DNA from: Candidatus Iainarchaeum sp.
GTDB lineage: Archaea > Iainarchaeota > Iainarchaeia > Iainarchaeales > GCA-2688035
DNA length: 32,000 nt
Reading direction: 5' to 3'
Assembly: GCA_028713935.1 (NCBI GenBank)
Contig: JAQTNI010000004.1
Location: forward strand, 1-32,000
In this document: one piece after another, positions 1-7,764 of the stretch
Layout: every line of letters starts with the position of its first letter
Numbering within the stretch: the first letter of the stretch is position 1
Notes under the pieces: model-generated
Told to the model about the DNA's origin: nothing
What the model saw: only the letters and a program-made list of their open reading frames with translations
The model's database searches: none
Translations under genes and position numbers: made by a program

Positions 1-419
1 TGCCTGAGGAAAGCTTGTGGCTCCAGTGCTTCTCATAAAACTTCGGCCTGTTTTTCCAATTTCCCTGTTTGTTTCTTTCATTGCAGAAAAATATTCCTCC
101 AAATAAGTAATTGACGGATTAACTTTATTCCAATCAATTCGTTTCGCTTCTAACGCCTTGCCTATTATCCATGTATGGGTGTTTATATGTTAAAATTTAG
201 CATTAATTTCAGCGAGCATCCTGTAACCTTTCATTGCCCTTCCAATTACTACACTTTCCCTTCTTTGTGCCCGCGGAGTGGTTCTTTTTGGTTTTGGCTG
301 CATTTTCTCACAATAACAAAAAGGCCTTTCTGCCTTTAAAGGTTTCCCTGCAAAGGCCTGTCAAATTAACGGAAATCCGCTTGCGACAGATTAAAAAAGG
401 ATTTTTGCGTTTTTACTGT

Positions 420-1520
420 ATGGAAAACATTAATTCAGTTATCCGCGATGCTGTTTCCAGCATCCAAAGCCTTGACAGGAAACGCTCTTCTTTTGCAAAA
501 AAGGTTTTTCCTTTTCTTGAAAGGGATTTGTCGGGATTTGTTTCTGATGAATTGTTAGAGCAAAAGCTTGTTTTTCCAGTTAAAAAGTCTTCCCTCGATT
601 GCAGTGTTGCTGGCATCGATTCTGGTTTTGTTAGCAAGGAATTTTTGGCTCTTGACCTGACTCTTGTGCGCGGAATGGGTTCTGTTTTTGATTATAAAAA
701 CAACAAGGTTGAGAAAGCCCATTATTTCCCGAATTTTTTTTCTTTTCCAACTCCTTATCTTTCAAACAGGGCTCTTGAGATTGACGAGTTTGCCTGTTCC
801 AAGAGCATCCGCAGGCTTTTAGTGGAAATAGGCCTGGCAAAGGAAATAGTTGAAAAGTGCAGGCCAGAGTTTTGTTTTTTGGACGGAAGCATTGTTCCGC
901 AATATCCTGACAAGCCGCGCAGTGATTCAACAATAAAGGATTTTTACCATGAAATGATTTTTGCTTTCCAGGATTTGTACAGGGCAGCTGAAAAAAACAA
1001 CTGCATTTTGCTTGGCTGTGTGGAAGATTCAAGGGGAAGCAGGTTCAGGAGCATTCTTCAAAAAGAAATCCTGGAAAAAGAAGGGATTTCTTCCAGTGAA
1101 ATTGACGATTGTTATGATGCGATTCTCCTTGATTATCTTTTGAAGCAGGGCGAAAGAAGCATGGCTTTCAGATACAGCAATGAAATTGCCAAGCACCCTG
1201 TTTTAATGGATTTTGAAAAAAAATTTGCGGAACAGGTGCATGCTTTTTACTTAAAACCAGTTGCATTGGACAGGCCAATGAGAATAGAATTTTTGCATTC
1301 TTCCCAAAACTCTTTTTCAGAATTTACTGATAAAATAGCCGGAATTGTTTTTGCGCTTTCCTGCCTGCACAGGGAATATGCTTTTCCAAGCATTTTGATT
1401 GAAGCCGACCTTCACGCACGCCTAAAGTCAGAGGAAATTGAAACAGTTTACCAAAAAATTTTAGACAAGTTAGGAAGAAGCGTCAATATCAGGATGAGAA
1501 GAAGCAACAGGCCGTTTTAA
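420..1520 (+). CDS. nurA: NurA-family 5'-3' DNA nuclease
   Basis: ORF 234..1520. The plausible start is ATG 420 (MENINSV...), because the upstream 62 codons look like non-coding read-through. NurA-like acidic motifs are present: AGIDSGF, CFLDGSIVPQ, GCVEDSRGSRF. It is the first gene of a tight co-directional cluster that contains herA. Confidence 0.8.
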   Translation: MENINSVIRDAVSSIQSLDRKRSSFAKKVFPFLERDLSGFVSDELLEQKLVFPVKKSSLDCSVAGIDSGFVSKEFLALDLTLVRGMGSVFDYKNNKVEKAHYFPNFFSFPTPYLSNRALEIDEFACSKSIRRLLVEIGLAKEIVEKCRPEFCFLDGSIVPQYPDKPRSDSTIKDFYHEMIFAFQDLYRAAEKNNCILLGCVEDSRGSRFRSILQKEILEKEGISSSEIDDCYDAILLDYLLKQGERSMAFRYSNEIAKHPVLMDFEKKFAEQVHAFYLKPVALDRPMRIEFLHSSQNSFSEFTDKIAGIVFALSCLHREYAFPSILIEADLHARLKSEEIETVYQKILDKLGRSVNIRMRRSNRPF

Positions 1521-1531
1521 GGTGACTAAAA

Positions 1532-2038
1532 ATGTTTTCACGAAAACCAGTTGAGATTGATTCCAAAGAACATTTTTTTATTTCTTCTGAGCCTACTGAA
1601 CTGGAAGATTTTGATTTGATTGCAAAGAAAGGGATTAAAAAAGTAATTTTTTTGACTGGATTTGAACGTTTGGCAGAAAAAAGTGAATTTGAAAAGAGGG
1701 GGATTGAATTTTTTCAACCAGATTCATACGAAGCAGCATTTTTATCAATAAATAAAAACTGCCTTATCCATTGTGCGGCGGGAAAAGGCGCGCAGGTTTT
1801 TGCCATGTGTTATTTGGTTCGTAATGGCTTGCCTATAGAAAAAGCAATTGAAGTAATTTTGCACAAGGTTGCAAGAAACGGGGCGTTGCCTGTGCATATC
1901 GAGCAAATTGACAGAAAATTTCTTGCAAGTGCAAGAGCAAAATTTGTTTCTGCCCACAGGCAAGAACCGGTTATTTTGAAGCCAGATTTTTGGCGAAGGA
2001 TGAAAAACTGGGCGCTAAAAAAAAGGAGAAGGATTTAA
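1532..2038 (+). CDS. Cys-based phosphatase-fold (PTP/DSP-like) protein with CX5A instead of CX5R
   Basis: 168-aa ORF 11 nt after the nurA stop, with GGTGA upstream of the ATG. The segment CLIHCAAGKGAQVFAMCYLV fits the HCxxGxxR(S/T) P-loop and following helix of dual-specificity phosphatases. Ala replaces the invariant Arg. Confidence 0.5.
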   Translation: MFSRKPVEIDSKEHFFISSEPTELEDFDLIAKKGIKKVIFLTGFERLAEKSEFEKRGIEFFQPDSYEAAFLSINKNCLIHCAAGKGAQVFAMCYLVRNGLPIEKAIEVILHKVARNGALPVHIEQIDRKFLASARAKFVSAHRQEPVILKPDFWRRMKNWALKKRRRI

Positions 2039-2248
2039 ATGCCGGAGAAACTGAAAAAGATTTGTTCGCAGTGCGGTTCTGAAAGCCTGAAGCCCGCTGT
2101 TGCGCCTTGGAGGGCATATGCAACTGCCTTTGGGCAGTACAAGTGCCTTGGCTGCGGCTTTGAGGGAATTGCGATTCTTGCTGATGAAAAATCAGCTGAA
2201 AAAATCAGGAAAAAGTTAAAAGCAAAATTGGGAATTAATAAAAACTGA
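2039..2248 (+). CDS. small zinc-ribbon protein
   Basis: 69-aa ORF whose ATG directly abuts the preceding TAA. It has two CxxC pairs (CSQC ... CLGC) and a Lys-rich tail. Confidence 0.6.
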   Translation: MPEKLKKICSQCGSESLKPAVAPWRAYATAFGQYKCLGCGFEGIAILADEKSAEKIRKKLKAKLGINKN

Positions 2249-2288
2249 TTTGACCAAAAATAAAATAAAAAGCAAAAAAGGATTTTTT

Positions 2289-3818
2289 ATGGAAAAAGAA
2301 ATCGGAACTGTTATCAGCGGGATTGATTCTCCTTCGCCTTCTGCCCTTGATTTTGTAGTGAACCAGGGAGTTGTGCATCGGGGCCAGTTTGTGGAGCTTG
2401 ATTACAGCGAGGGAACAATGATTTGCCTTGTAACAGATGTTTTCAAAACCAATCGTTATTTTGAAAGGGCTGAAAGCGTAAAAGAATTTGAGAGTTCTGG
2501 CGCAAAGCTTTTTGAACAGTTTCCAACTGCGGAATGGGAATACCTTGTTGCAAAAACCCGTCCATTGGGAGTTTTTAAAAACGGAATTACAAACAGGGCA
2601 ACCTTGCCTCCCGGGCCTGGAACAAGAGTGAGAATTGCTTCCAATGAAAACCTCAAAATTTTTTTTCATTTTTCGGAAGAAGGCTTGTTTTTGGGGAATG
2701 TTGAGAACCATGATTTGCCAGTAAAAATTTCAATGAACACCCTTCTGAAAAAACATGTGGCCTTATTGGCCACAAGCGGCGCAGGAAAATCCCATTGTGC
2801 TTCAGTTATTTTTGAGGAATTGCTTGACAGGAAAAAAGAAGCAGGCCGCATTGGAATAATTGTTTTTGACCCTCATGGCGAATATTCGAGTTTTGCAGAC
2901 AGGGCTCCTGAAAAAGGAAAGACTGATTATAGCGGCAAAACAATCCTGGTAAAAGCCATGGACATAAAAATTGGTGTGCCAAAATTAAGCGTTAATGCCC
3001 TGGATTCCTTAATCAAGGGCCTAAGCCCTGTCATGAAAAGGGAATTGGGAAAAATTTTGGCAGACCTGCAGAAAAAAATGCGTTCAGGAAAAGGCCCGTT
3101 TGATTTGCTTGACCTGAAGGAAGCAATTTCAAATTCTGAAATAAACGAAAATACAAAAGGCCCGTTGCTTGCATGGATTTCCGAATTGCAGGATTTGAAT
3201 TTGTTTGGCAAAACAGATAATCCAGGAATTTTTGATTTGGTGCAGCCTGGAAAATTGACAGTAATTGATTTGTCTGAATTGATTGATTTGCGCAAAAAGC
3301 AGATTATTGTAAGCTATATTTCAAAAAGGCTTTTTTATGCACGCAGGGAAAAGGCAATTCCGCCTTTTTTGCTTGTGCTTGAGGAGGCGCATCAATTTTG
3401 CCCGCAACAAGCCTCCGAAGAAATGGCAATCTGCAGGAGCATTATCCAAACAATTGCGCGCGAAGGAAGAAAATTCGGTGCTTCTCTCTGCCTGATTTCA
3501 CAAAGGCCAATCCAGTTGAGCACAACTGTTTTAGCGCAATGCAATACACAGATTATTCTGCGCATTACAAATCCTTATGATTTGAAGCACATTGGCGAAA
3601 GTTCAGAAGGCCTTGACAGCAGGTCTCTTGACATGATTACTTCGCTGCGCGTAGGAGAAGCATTAATAGTTGGGGAAGCAACCCATTACCCGTTATTTTT
3701 CAAAGTAAGGCAGAGAAAAAGCGCGGAAAGCAGGCACGAAATGCCATTGGAAAAAGCAGCGCTTGATTTTGAAACAGGCAAAGAAGACAAAAAAAAAGAA
3801 ATAGAAGAATTTTTGTAG
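2289..3818 (+). CDS. herA: HerA-family hexameric DNA helicase/translocase ATPase
   Basis: ORF 2250..3818 (TTG), with the first ATG at 2289 (MEKEIGTV...). Walker A is LLATSGAGKSH and Walker B is FLLVLEEAHQF. The C-terminal core is FtsK/HerA-like (REGRKFGASLCLISQRP) and the N-terminus is HAS-barrel-like. It lies next to nurA. Confidence 0.9.
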   Translation: MEKEIGTVISGIDSPSPSALDFVVNQGVVHRGQFVELDYSEGTMICLVTDVFKTNRYFERAESVKEFESSGAKLFEQFPTAEWEYLVAKTRPLGVFKNGITNRATLPPGPGTRVRIASNENLKIFFHFSEEGLFLGNVENHDLPVKISMNTLLKKHVALLATSGAGKSHCASVIFEELLDRKKEAGRIGIIVFDPHGEYSSFADRAPEKGKTDYSGKTILVKAMDIKIGVPKLSVNALDSLIKGLSPVMKRELGKILADLQKKMRSGKGPFDLLDLKEAISNSEINENTKGPLLAWISELQDLNLFGKTDNPGIFDLVQPGKLTVIDLSELIDLRKKQIIVSYISKRLFYARREKAIPPFLLVLEEAHQFCPQQASEEMAICRSIIQTIAREGRKFGASLCLISQRPIQLSTTVLAQCNTQIILRITNPYDLKHIGESSEGLDSRSLDMITSLRVGEALIVGEATHYPLFFKVRQRKSAESRHEMPLEKAALDFETGKEDKKKEIEEFL

Positions 3819-4431
3819 TGGCGCTAATGCAGCAGAAAGAGTTGGAAAGGCTTTTGGGGCAGGTTCGCTGGATTCAGAAAAATGTCCAGTTTGTTCGCCG
3901 CAACCCAAAGGATTATGCAAGGCTTTTTGGGCACAAGAAACTTGGCACTGTTGTCAGAACAAGGCAGGTTGGCTATATGAATTCTTGCTTTGATTTGACT
4001 GCAATGCTTGCGCTTCGCCTGAAGAAGCAGGTTTTCATGTCCCCACAATGGTTGTGCAAGAGCTTATCCAAGAGCATACTGGACAGCCTTCTCTTCATTT
4101 CGCATTGGAAGTTCGTGTCGGCAATGCGGTTTATACTGTTGATTTTGAAACAGGAAAAACCGCTATTGTTTACAAAGGGAGTTTTTCTCCAAAAAAATCC
4201 GGGCGCCCTGAGCGCAATTTGGCAGTTACAAAGGTTTCAACTGAAAAACTTGGAATGAATTCCACTATGCTGGGTTTTTTGGGGGCAAAAAACTGGCAGG
4301 AGATCGGAAAAAGATTCAAATATTGCAACACAAATACAATGCGCGCAGCAATGCTTGCCATGAGAAAAGCAGATAGCCCAACACTCTTTGAGAAAGTCAG
4401 AAAAAGCAGGCCACAAATAAGGCGAATGTGA
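3818..4431 (+). pseudogene. transglutaminase-like Cys-His-Asp protein split by a frameshift near 4030
   Basis: Two overlapping ORFs (3818..4258 and 4048..4431) lie in different frames. The first carries VRWIQKNVQFV ... GYMNSCFDLTAMLALRLKKQ (the nucleophile Cys region). The second frame is open from 3994 and reads GFHVPTMVVQEL...SLHFALEVRVGNAVYTVDFETG (the His and Asp regions). Joined, they give one roughly 200-aa transglutaminase-like core. The phase change equals a 1-nt deletion. Confidence 0.55.
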
Positions 4432-4440
4432 TTTTTTCAC

Positions 4441-4543
4441 TCACAATGTTTGGCTTGCGTAAGCCATTGCAAAAAATTTTTGCAATTCAGTGTGATGTTG
4501 ACGCAAGCCCGTGCCTTTATGCTCGGGTTCCCAAACATTGTGA
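4441..4543. repeat. 103-nt structured element closed by perfect 13-bp inverted repeats (candidate ncRNA or MITE-like element)
   Basis: TCACAATGTTTGG (4441-4453) is the exact reverse complement of CCAAACATTGTGA (4531-4543). Nested inside, CTTGCGT (4454-4460) pairs with ACGCAAG (4501-4507). There is also the palindrome ATTGCAAAAAATTTTTGCAAT (4466-4486), and CCCG (4508-4511) pairs with CGGG (4524-4527). Confidence 0.5.
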
Positions 4544-4637
4544 CTATTGACGAATTTTTTGGAATTTTCAGTTTTTTTGGAGTTGCATTTAAATATTTTT
4601 TGCTTCTCTATTCTAATGAATTTTTTGGGGTGAAAAA

Positions 4638-4949
4638 TTGGCTCTGTCAAGTTTTATTTATTCTGCAAGGAAACATACTCCTGAGGCTCAAAAATTTGAT
4701 CCAAACAAAAAATTAACTAATTTTATTGATGCAACAAAGCCATTGGAAAAAGAAGACCTGGCTTTGCTTGGCAAAAACACAGAAGGGAATAATAATGGCG
4801 GCGGAAATAATGTAGCAGCAATGCCTGCCCAAAAATTCAATTGGGAAACATGCGAGCATGTAAAAAAAGCCTCTCCAAATTGCCTTTGCAGGCGTTTTTT
4901 CAGCATCTGCGTAAAGGAAAAATGCAAAGGCAGATTCAACAGCCCATAA
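4638..4949 (+). CDS. hypothetical small protein with Cys-rich C-terminus (TTG start)
   Basis: 103-codon ORF. The C-terminus reads NWETCEHVKKASPNCLCRRFFSICVKEKCKGRF and there is a low-complexity NNNGGGNN stretch. I recognise no homolog, and the start codon is non-ATG. Confidence 0.25.
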   Translation: MALSSFIYSARKHTPEAQKFDPNKKLTNFIDATKPLEKEDLALLGKNTEGNNNGGGNNVAAMPAQKFNWETCEHVKKASPNCLCRRFFSICVKEKCKGRFNSP

Positions 4950-5012
4950 CAGGGGAATAGCGGAAATTTGCTGCCTGGAATTGTTTTTAAAGCAAAAAAC
5001 CGTTTCTTTTTC

Positions 5013-6545
5013 ATGAAATGCCTTTTGCAGACTTTTCAGGATAATGAAGTTTCACCTTGCATTGATGGGCCTCTGCAGGCTTCTGTTTTCTGGCTCACTG
5101 GATTAAAGTATTTGGAGGAAAAAAAAGCTGTCCTGGCAGAGTTTTCCTGCTCAGGCTTGAAGAGGACAGCCAGCATGGCTTTTTTTCCTTCTCTTTTGGT
5201 TTCAAAAAAAGCGCTTTCCAAAGAAGCCCTGAAGCGCGAGATTTCGCTTCTGGGAAACCAAAAATTTGAATTGATTGAAATGGATTTTTCCTTCAAAGTT
5301 GTTTCTTCAAATTTTTCTGTTTTGCAGAAGCTTGCAAACAATATTTTTTCCTCGGCAGGCGCTCTTGCAATAATGCCCTCTCCCGAAAGGCAGTTTTTGA
5401 TTGAAAAAGACTGGGGCTTTTTTGATGCCTTTGCATTTGAAGAAACTTCAAAAGGGGAAATTCCAGTGAAAACAAATTGCCTTGATTTGCCAAATGTAAA
5501 AACAGGCTTTTTTTCAGAGCCATTGCCGAAAACAATTGCGGAACTCTCAAAAATTGATTCCGCAGAAGCCTGCTCTGTGCTTTCCCTTGTTTCGCTTTCA
5601 AAAATACTTTTTTTGCCGCTTGAAAAAATTCCCGGAACAGGCTTTTTGAGGCAGGAAATTTTTTTGGAAAACCATTTGTTCAAAAACAATTTTGCGCCAA
5701 GGGAAATGTCAAAAAAAACAACCAATGAAACCCACAAAACGCAATTCGCGAGTTTTTTAAGGGGCACTCCTGAATTTGACACTGCCCCCCTGATTCCAAT
5801 GCTTTTGACAAATGCCTGCTATAACCTTGGCTTTGAAACAATTGATTGCGATTGCTGTTCCCCTGAAAAAATAACCGCAAAAAATATTTTGTCGAGTTCC
5901 CTTGTTGAAGTCGAATTTTTGAAGGAAGCGTTTTATTTTGATTCGGCAAGCGCTTCTTTTGCGGATTTTTTCCATGAAAGCAATCCCCTGAAAGAAAACC
6001 GCTTAAGGAGAAAACGCGAATTTTTTTTAGGGCAATTTCCTGTCGGGCCATTTTGCAGGAACCAGAAAAGCATTGTTCCCCTTGCAGACGCCATTGCGCT
6101 TGAGCAGGGCAAAGACGCAAAAATTCTTGGTTTCAGCGAAAGGCACTGGTTCTGCATGGAAAAAGAATCTTTTTTGTCAAAACTAATCCTTGAAACAAGG
6201 GAAAAAATTTTTGGCCTGGACTTGTTTATTGAAAAAGCCCATGAAAAATGCTTTTCGGGAAACAATGTAATAACAGGCTTTGCCGCACTGGAAAATGATT
6301 TTGCTGTCCAGCTTGCCCTTGAGTGCAAAAAAAACCTTGAATTTTTTTTGAACAACCTTCCTGCGCACATTTCCGATTCGGAAAGCAGGTTTTTTAACAC
6401 TGCAATTGCAGGAGCTGTTGATGCAATACAGGCAAGCGCGGCAAAGGCTTTTGGCAAAACCCGCTTGCAGGAAGCAGAAGCGGAAAGCGCCATGCAAACC
6501 CCGTTAAGCGAATACTTGCTTTCAATTTCGAAAAAAGCGGGATAA
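5013..6545 (+). CDS. family-B DNA polymerase-like protein, apparently lacking the exonuclease domain and the motif C aspartates
   Basis: ORF 4968..6545, first ATG at 5013. By-eye collinear similarity to archaeal PolB covers several segments. [20 protein letters not shown] resembles [38 protein letters not shown] resembles [47 protein letters not shown] resembles [33 protein letters not shown] resembles [24 protein letters not shown] lies where FGFKVLYIDTDG (motif C) is expected. The protein is about 265 aa shorter than a canonical PolB. Confidence 0.4.
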   Translation: [510 protein letters not shown]

Positions 6546-6712
6546 TGGGTTTCCCCAACTTTTTTAACCCTTTCCTTTGATAGTTTCTTTAATTGAGCCT
6601 TTAATAAAAAAATTTAACCTGTTTTTGAAAGTGATTTTTTTGGAAAAAACTTTTCCAAGAAAAGTTTTATCAAAAGCGTGGACAAGAAAGTTTGTAAAAA
6701 ATGTGAATTTGC

Positions 6713-6919
6713 ATGGAAAAGATTTCAAGATTTGAAAGAGCCAGGCTATTGTCTGCAAGGGCATTGCAATTGTCCCTTGGCGCGCCTCCGCTTGTAAAGG
6801 AAGAGCATGAAAAGACAATGTATGAAATGGCAAAAAAGGAATTTGAACAAAAAGTTTTGCCATTGAATATTCTCAGGACTTTTCCAAACGGCGAAGTAAG
6901 GGAAATTGACTGGAACTAA
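6713..6919 (+). CDS. rpoK: DNA-directed RNA polymerase subunit K (Rpo6)
   Basis: The 68-aa product contains SRFERARLLSARALQLSLGAPPLV, the hallmark Rpo6/RpoK motif. Confidence 0.85.
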   Translation: MEKISRFERARLLSARALQLSLGAPPLVKEEHEKTMYEMAKKEFEQKVLPLNILRTFPNGEVREIDWN

Positions 6920-6932
6920 AAAAGGTGTTTTT

Positions 6933-7127
6933 TTGGGAAAAGCAGTGCCAAAGGCAATAAAAATGCGCGTTGAAACGCTATTGGAAGAAATTCACGACAA
7001 GCTTTCCCCTGATTTTGAAAAAAACAAGGCCTTATTGTATTCTTTTCATATGCCTTTTTCCAAAGTTGACAGGAACATAATGGCAGCTTATATAACAAGG
7101 CGAATAAAAGCTGAAAAAAAGAAATAA
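6933..7127 (+). CDS. rps17e: 30S ribosomal protein S17e
   Basis: ORF 6906..7127. The TTG at 6933 gives MGKAVPKAIKMRVETLLEEIHDKLSPDFEKNKALL...SKVDRNIMAAYITRRIK. This matches the S17e pattern (G..R..K, DF..NK, RN.iAGYiTR). The exact start is uncertain. Confidence 0.75.
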   Translation: MGKAVPKAIKMRVETLLEEIHDKLSPDFEKNKALLYSFHMPFSKVDRNIMAAYITRRIKAEKKK

Positions 7128-7172
7128 TCTCCTGATTTGTTTTTTGAATTCTTATTCTGTATCTACAATATC

Positions 7173-7196
7173 TGGCTAAACAATGCTTTTTAGCCA
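7173..7196 (+). terminator. 8-bp hairpin downstream of rps17e, adjacent to a T-rich tract (possible terminator)
   Basis: TGGCTAAA (7173-7180) pairs with TTTAGCCA (7189-7196). T-rich sequence lies around it. A role in termination is inferred only. Confidence 0.25.
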
Positions 7197-7248
7197 AAGA
7201 TTACTTTTTATTATGTTTTGTTACTATTTATTATAAGGTGGTTTTTTA

Positions 7249-7491
7249 ATGGCCCAGGCAATTGTTACTTTGGATGAAAGGCAGGACAGGATTGTTACTA
7301 TTGTAAAAGGCAAATACGGCTTGAAGAATAAATCCCAGGCAATTGGCTTGATTGTTGACAGGTTTGAACGGGCATTGCTTGAGCCTGAACTCAGGCCCGA
7401 ATATAAAGAAGAGTTGTTGAAGATTGACAAGGGAAAATTCAAGTCTTTTTCAAGCATTGATTCCTTGAGAAAGGAGCTTGCCAATGTTTGA
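7249..7491 (+). CDS. type II antitoxin (ribbon-helix-helix / DUF2683-like)
   Basis: 80-aa ORF reading MAQAIVTLDERQDRIVTIVKGKYGLKNKSQAIGLIV. AAGGTGG lies upstream. It overlaps the downstream RelE-like gene by 8 nt. Confidence 0.6.
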   Translation: MAQAIVTLDERQDRIVTIVKGKYGLKNKSQAIGLIVDRFERALLEPELRPEYKEELLKIDKGKFKSFSSIDSLRKELANV

Positions 7492-7759
7492 ATTTGAATT
7501 AAGCGAAAAGCTTCAGAAGATTTTCAAGAAGCTCGCCAAAAAAGACAAAGTTCGGCTTGAGATTGCATTAAAGAAAATTGAAGAAATTTGTTCAAGCCCG
7601 GATATTGAACATTACAAAAATCTTTCATATGATTTAAAGGAATTCAAGAGAGTTCATATTGATTCGCATTTTGTTTTGACTTTCAGGTTAGACAAGCAAA
7701 ACAAAAAAATAAGGTTTGAAGATTTGCAGCACCATGACACTATTTACAAAAAAATTTAA
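7484..7759 (+). CDS. relE: RelE/ParE-superfamily toxin
   Basis: ATG 7484 is preceded by AAGGAG (7471-7476). The product is 91 aa and ends in the typical RelE-like region FKRVHIDSHFVLTFRLDKQNKKIRFEDLQHHDTIYKK. Confidence 0.7.
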   Translation: MFEFELSEKLQKIFKKLAKKDKVRLEIALKKIEEICSSPDIEHYKNLSYDLKEFKRVHIDSHFVLTFRLDKQNKKIRFEDLQHHDTIYKKI

Positions 7760-7764
7760 TGCAA

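Noticed and set aside
1-198. Possible minus-strand partial ORF at the left edge (...WIIGKALEAKRIDWNKVNPSITYLEEYFSAMKETNREIGKTGRSF...)
   Set aside because: The frame is open from a stop at about 196-198 to the edge. The only ATG/GTG/TTG start is at position 81, leaving 27 codons in the window. There are no recognisable motifs, so the support is too weak to call.
4488-4560. GTGATGT and TGAC/TTGA strings suggesting a C/D-box sRNA
   Set aside because: The C box is imperfect and no CUGA D box lies at the right distance. The region is better described by the nested inverted repeats.
5036-6493. Long minus-strand ORFs (248, 186, 146 and 104 aa) opposite the PolB-like gene
   Set aside because: These are shadow ORFs of a 525-codon plus-strand frame. 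They arise in AT-rich sequence with few antisense stops. They have no motifs, and the plus frame shows collinear PolB-like segments.
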